Part shown: positions 61,501 through 64,000 of the stretch, piece by piece | Numbering within the stretch: position 1 is the first letter of the stretch | How the letters are laid out: each line of letters opens with the position of its first letter | DNA from: an uncultured Verrucomicrobiales bacterium | GTDB lineage: Bacteria; Verrucomicrobiota; Verrucomicrobiia; Verrucomicrobiales; DEV007 | Reading direction: 5' to 3' | Assembly: GCA_938091905.1 (NCBI GenBank) | Contig: CALKOM010000115.1 | Coordinates: forward strand, 1 to 64,000 | Length of the DNA: 64,000 nucleotides | Notes under the pieces: model-generated | Database searches by the model: none | Told to the model about the DNA's origin: nothing | Seen by the model: only the letters and a program-made list of their open reading frames with translations | Position numbers and translations under genes: made by a program

Positions 61501-61714
61501 GCAGCTCCTAGAGGACGACACACTCAGCGAGCCACAGCGTGTCGATAATGCGTATTGGCAGGCGTTTGGTCGTGCGCCAGAATCTTGGGAGAAGGAAGCG
61601 GCTGTCGCCTTCCTGGCAGAACAACGAAAGCTTCATTCTGGCGACGCCCTGGCCGCCTGGAAAGACCTCGCGCACACGCTGGTCAATGTGAAGGAATTCA
61701 TCTTCATCAACTAA
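58520..61714 (+). CDS. Planctomycete cytochrome c (PSCyt1) + DUF1549 + DUF1553 protein
   Basis: FFE.KIRPLL...CYKCH, MPP, HWAW, WLD.VRFAE, CARCHDHK, ARVFVNRVW, HPELLD.LA, EFIFIN. Confidence 0.93.
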   Translation: MRSLCFLLMSLAVLPALAEEPQATFFETKIRPLLAEACYKCHAADTKQKAGLLLDSKAGWQIGGDSGPALVPGDPEASLMIRAIGYEETDLQMPPKKRLTGAQIADLTQWVADGAYDPREGGREAVAKAADSIDVAARKSAHWAWQKVTLPTKPVVKETDWPQQSIDPFILAKLEEVELTPNGAAASQVLIRRVFFDLTGLPPTPEQVKAFMAEPTEGAYEAVVDDLLKSQHFGEHWGQHWLDLVRFAETWGHEQDFAIPHAWRYRDYVIRAFNADVPYDDFLVEHVAGDLVEKPRIDAKSRANESIQGTGFWHLGEATHSPVDIREDECVRLSNQIDVFSKAFLGQTVMCARCHDHKFEAITTKDYYRLFGYLQSSNYQIADVSDPEAQAEAATTLADIQKREDQALRQAMSREYFLKRADGDIDWGAYVTEEAKSLGHPLYPLTEKETAQALERWLDEEKRSQAELAKQTVIGTERKGELDLIPIERIFDESKDVIADYSMKDVGWYVSGHRFGKNPVATGTVLPSGLALEVAAHSDLLSEKFTGLIRTKTFEVTGDRLWFRYRGQAKMFLAVDSHRVCQGPLHSGRLRKNLESKEPGYHWVSHDVSKYIGHRVHVEFTPKSNFSLSRVQFSHDKPKTPFVANAHLKAALTDSGNLNAAYNRLFDRSVDAWNSGSADRHQLALVDWLFFRSKLIDVAASPRVEAVRERFSRARAEAEGRIPKPIQALALMDGSAEDEPVHFRGNYRTLSPEPVRRGHLLDALASGEETLPPDGSGRLQLAHQIISADNPLTARVFVNRVWHHLFGRGIVETVDNLGSAGTKPSHPELLDHLAYRFVHEQGWSTKRLLRELVLSQTYRMSSEPHAEKTAVDPTNLLVHRMPIRRLTGEAIRDHLLHVSGRLDREPFGKSVMVHISDFMRSNRSPAGSGPLDGNGRRSIYIEGRRNHMEPLLVAFDKPTPFTAIGKRNVSSSPAQPLMMLNNELVHQEAARWAKQLLEDDTLSEPQRVDNAYWQAFGRAPESWEKEAAVAFLAEQRKLHSGDALAAWKDLAHTLVNVKEFIFIN

Positions 61715-61727
61715 CGAACGATTTCTT

Positions 61728-63158
61728 ATGCATTGCGGAAGATACCAAACCTCACCCGTTAGCCGACGTAGCATGCTGCGACACTGCGCCAACGGCTTCG
61801 GCGCATTGGCGCTAAGCGCACTATCGCAGGATCGTGGTTACGGCGCCCTCAAGCGCGGTCTCTCCATGGCCCCGCAGCAGCCACACGCCAAGCGACGGGC
61901 CAAGAACGTCATCTTCCTCTACATGGACGGTGGGGTTTCTCAGGTCGATTCATTCGATCCCAAGCCAATCCTCGACAAAGAGCATGGGCAGCCCTTCCGC
62001 CCAAAGATGGAAGCCACGCAGTTTGATAACATTGGCACTGTCTTCAAATCGCATTGGGACTTTCACCAATACGGCCAAAGCGGCCTTCCCGTCAGTGATC
62101 TCTTTCCGCATATTGCCACACGGATGGATGACATCTGTGTCGTCCGATCCATGACCGCCGGGTTTTCGGAGCACAACCAAGCCAACTTCTTTCTTCATAG
62201 TGGCTTCAGCCAACAAGGGCGGCCAAGCATGGGCGCCTGGGTCGGCTATGGTCTTGGCAGCGAGTGCAACAATCTTCCCGGGTTCGTTGTGCTCAATGGC
62301 GGCCTCATCCCATCCGGCGGTATTGACAACTTCGGAAGTGGATTTCTTCCCGCCAGCTATCAAGGGACGCTCTTCCGCGCAGGCGAGACGCCATTGGCCA
62401 ATGTCCAACCCCTCGAAGCCAAACCTCTGATTCAGAATCGGAAACTGGCACTTCTTCGTCGGCTCGACCAAGGCGTTGTCGAGCGAATGGGTCAGGTAGA
62501 TCAACTGGAGTCGGCCATTGCCAATTATGAAATGGCTTACCGCATGCAAGCTGCGGTGCCAGAACTCGTCGATCTCAAAGGCGAGACCGAAGCTACCAAA
62601 AAACTCTACGGCTGTGACGCCGAATACGAGCAGACCCGCCTCTATGCCGTGCAGTGTTTGTTAGCACGTCGCATGGTCGAGAAGGGCGTCCGCTTCGTCG
62701 AACTCACCTGCCCACGTATTAAAGGAGCGGATCGTTGGGACGCCCATAATAATATCAAAGCGAATCACGGCAACAACGCCCGTGCCGTCGATCAGCCCAT
62801 CGCCGGTCTCCTCACCGATCTCAAAGCACGTGGACTCTTAGACGAAACTCTCGTCGTCTTTGCCGGAGAATTTGGCCGGACTCCTTTCGCTCAAGGTAGC
62901 ACCGGCCGCGATCACAATCCCTTCGGCTTCACTGTCTGGCTGGCGGGCGGCGGCATCAAAGGTGGCATGGCCTACGGCGCTACCGACGAGTATGGCTACC
63001 GCACTGTCGAGAATCGGGTGGAGATCCACGATCTCCACGCCACCATGCTACATCTGTTAGGTATGGACCACAAGCGTCTCACCTACCGATTTGATGGCCG
63101 CGACATGCGTTTAACAGATGTTCATGGCCACATCGTTCACGACATTATCCATGCATAG
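61728..63158 (+). CDS. DUF1501 domain protein
   Basis: SRRSML, VIFLYMDGGVSQVDSFDPKP, ARR.VE.GVRF, GEFGRTP, GRDHNP, GRD.RLTDV.G. Confidence 0.94.
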   Translation: MHCGRYQTSPVSRRSMLRHCANGFGALALSALSQDRGYGALKRGLSMAPQQPHAKRRAKNVIFLYMDGGVSQVDSFDPKPILDKEHGQPFRPKMEATQFDNIGTVFKSHWDFHQYGQSGLPVSDLFPHIATRMDDICVVRSMTAGFSEHNQANFFLHSGFSQQGRPSMGAWVGYGLGSECNNLPGFVVLNGGLIPSGGIDNFGSGFLPASYQGTLFRAGETPLANVQPLEAKPLIQNRKLALLRRLDQGVVERMGQVDQLESAIANYEMAYRMQAAVPELVDLKGETEATKKLYGCDAEYEQTRLYAVQCLLARRMVEKGVRFVELTCPRIKGADRWDAHNNIKANHGNNARAVDQPIAGLLTDLKARGLLDETLVVFAGEFGRTPFAQGSTGRDHNPFGFTVWLAGGGIKGGMAYGATDEYGYRTVENRVEIHDLHATMLHLLGMDHKRLTYRFDGRDMRLTDVHGHIVHDIIHA

Positions 63159-63263
63159 GGGCATCGCGCTCCGCGCTCCTCATATGTCAACGTGACTGCC
63201 TGAAGCGGTTCCTAAAGGTGAGCGCGCAAGCGTGATTGTTCATTGTCGCTTATTCCTGCGAAG

Positions 63264-63305
63264 CTGAGTGTCATCGATTACCAACTGAGTGTCATCGATT
63301 ACCAA
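63264..63305. repeat. Perfect 21-bp tandem duplication CTGAGTGTCATCGATTACCAA x2
   Basis: Read directly from sequence. Confidence 0.95.
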
Positions 63306-63578
63306 CGATGATTGCGTTAATAAGCGGCATGATAGTCATGAAAGCTTAAAGACCAAGTGCCTTGTTTGAGAATGAGTTGTCTCGCCAAGCGGACGACCGT
63401 TGATGCTGGTTCGAGACCTGACAAAAGGCGTAAAGTGCTTTTTGAATTCACTAAAGATTGTGTTTCCTGTCAAAGATACTATTCGCAAAGTGGCAAGACG
63501 CCGTGGGTATGAAGTGCGACAGATCGCAGAAGGCTCGGGGCCTATTCGCGGGACGTTGGGCGAATGCTATTCCCATTT

Positions 63579-63881
63579 GAACGAGCTGGCCAACGTTGCG
63601 TTCCAATCGCTGCTCCTACTTCTCTTTGAGGGCCAGGTCCGATTTCGCGTGATTCTCACCTGTAAAGATCTCTGGCACGCGGCCTTCCAATTCCTTCTTC
63701 CACTGGCTTACCTGTGTCGGGGCTAGCTCGTTAGCCTGAGCGATCTCATTGATTGTCTTAAACTCGGGTGTGAGGTGTCTTCTCTATCGTTTCATTTCGT
63801 CTGTTTTACTTGGGTTGCACACCACAGACGAGCCTTCGAATTCTCAATAGCTACATGGCTCCGTTTGGGGCGACCACTTCA
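63579..63881 (-). mobile_element. IS3-family remnant: left end and decayed orfA
   Basis: Minus strand starts TGAAGTGGTCGCCCCAAACGGAGCCA (63881-63856). ATG 63795 gives MKR*RRHLTPEFK/TINEIAQ..ELAPTQVSQWKK...*..LERNVGQL. No orfB seen. Confidence 0.8.
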
Positions 63882-64000
63882 GATCGAGCTGATCTATGCA
63901 TCAATGCCGCCCGACTAGCCGCACTAAAACTCGGTCGCTACACGGCTGGAGGGATGGAACCCGCAAAGAATTTGGTGACCAATCAAATGCACCGACGGTT

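Noticed and set aside
63400..63726. 108-aa protein as a real CDS
   Set aside because: Its second half is the antisense of the IS3 orfA remnant.
1..64000. tRNA-Sec, selA/selB/selD, other RNA genes or riboswitches
   Set aside because: None recognised by eye. A covariance-model scan would be needed to exclude them, and the Sec machinery must be sought elsewhere in the genome.

Overview
Bacterial window of moderate GC. Gene content and protein style (DUF1501/DUF1549/DUF1553 modules, archaeal/eukaryote-type ProRS, ACIII-oxidase cluster layout) point to Verrucomicrobiota; this is an inference, and all family calls come from motif recognition, not database searches. Intact blocks: two DUF1549/DUF1553 + DUF1501 modules, proS, trxA, ruvA, mscL, LPS-core-like waaG/waaP/InaA-type genes, sulfotransferases, and a ~20 kb respiratory supercluster (35316-54986: actABCDEF(G), CcoN/CcoO-like, cytochrome c, A1-type oxidase, assembly factors). 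These alternate with accessory tracts full of decaying genes, and IS3-family remnants sit at both ends. Top finding: two dissimilar, signal-peptide-bearing thioredoxin-fold genes, both split by the ORF track (10121-11080 and ~31700-32699, minus strand). Each has an in-frame TGA at the first position of the redox motif (U-S-Y-C, W-U-S-E-C), followed by a SECIS-like hairpin with the same AGUUY loop, and each ends in the same acidic-repeat/'S-x-D-L-x-x-W...F-x-R' surface module. They are candidate exported selenoproteins. Other notable points: a CcoN-like subunit without binuclear-centre histidines, a Cox1 lacking the K-channel lysine, a Cox3 with a ~300 aa insert, a Cys-less SCO paralog and a GH95-like protein with a collapsed catalytic barrel. 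No rRNA, tRNA, CRISPR array or sel genes were recognised.
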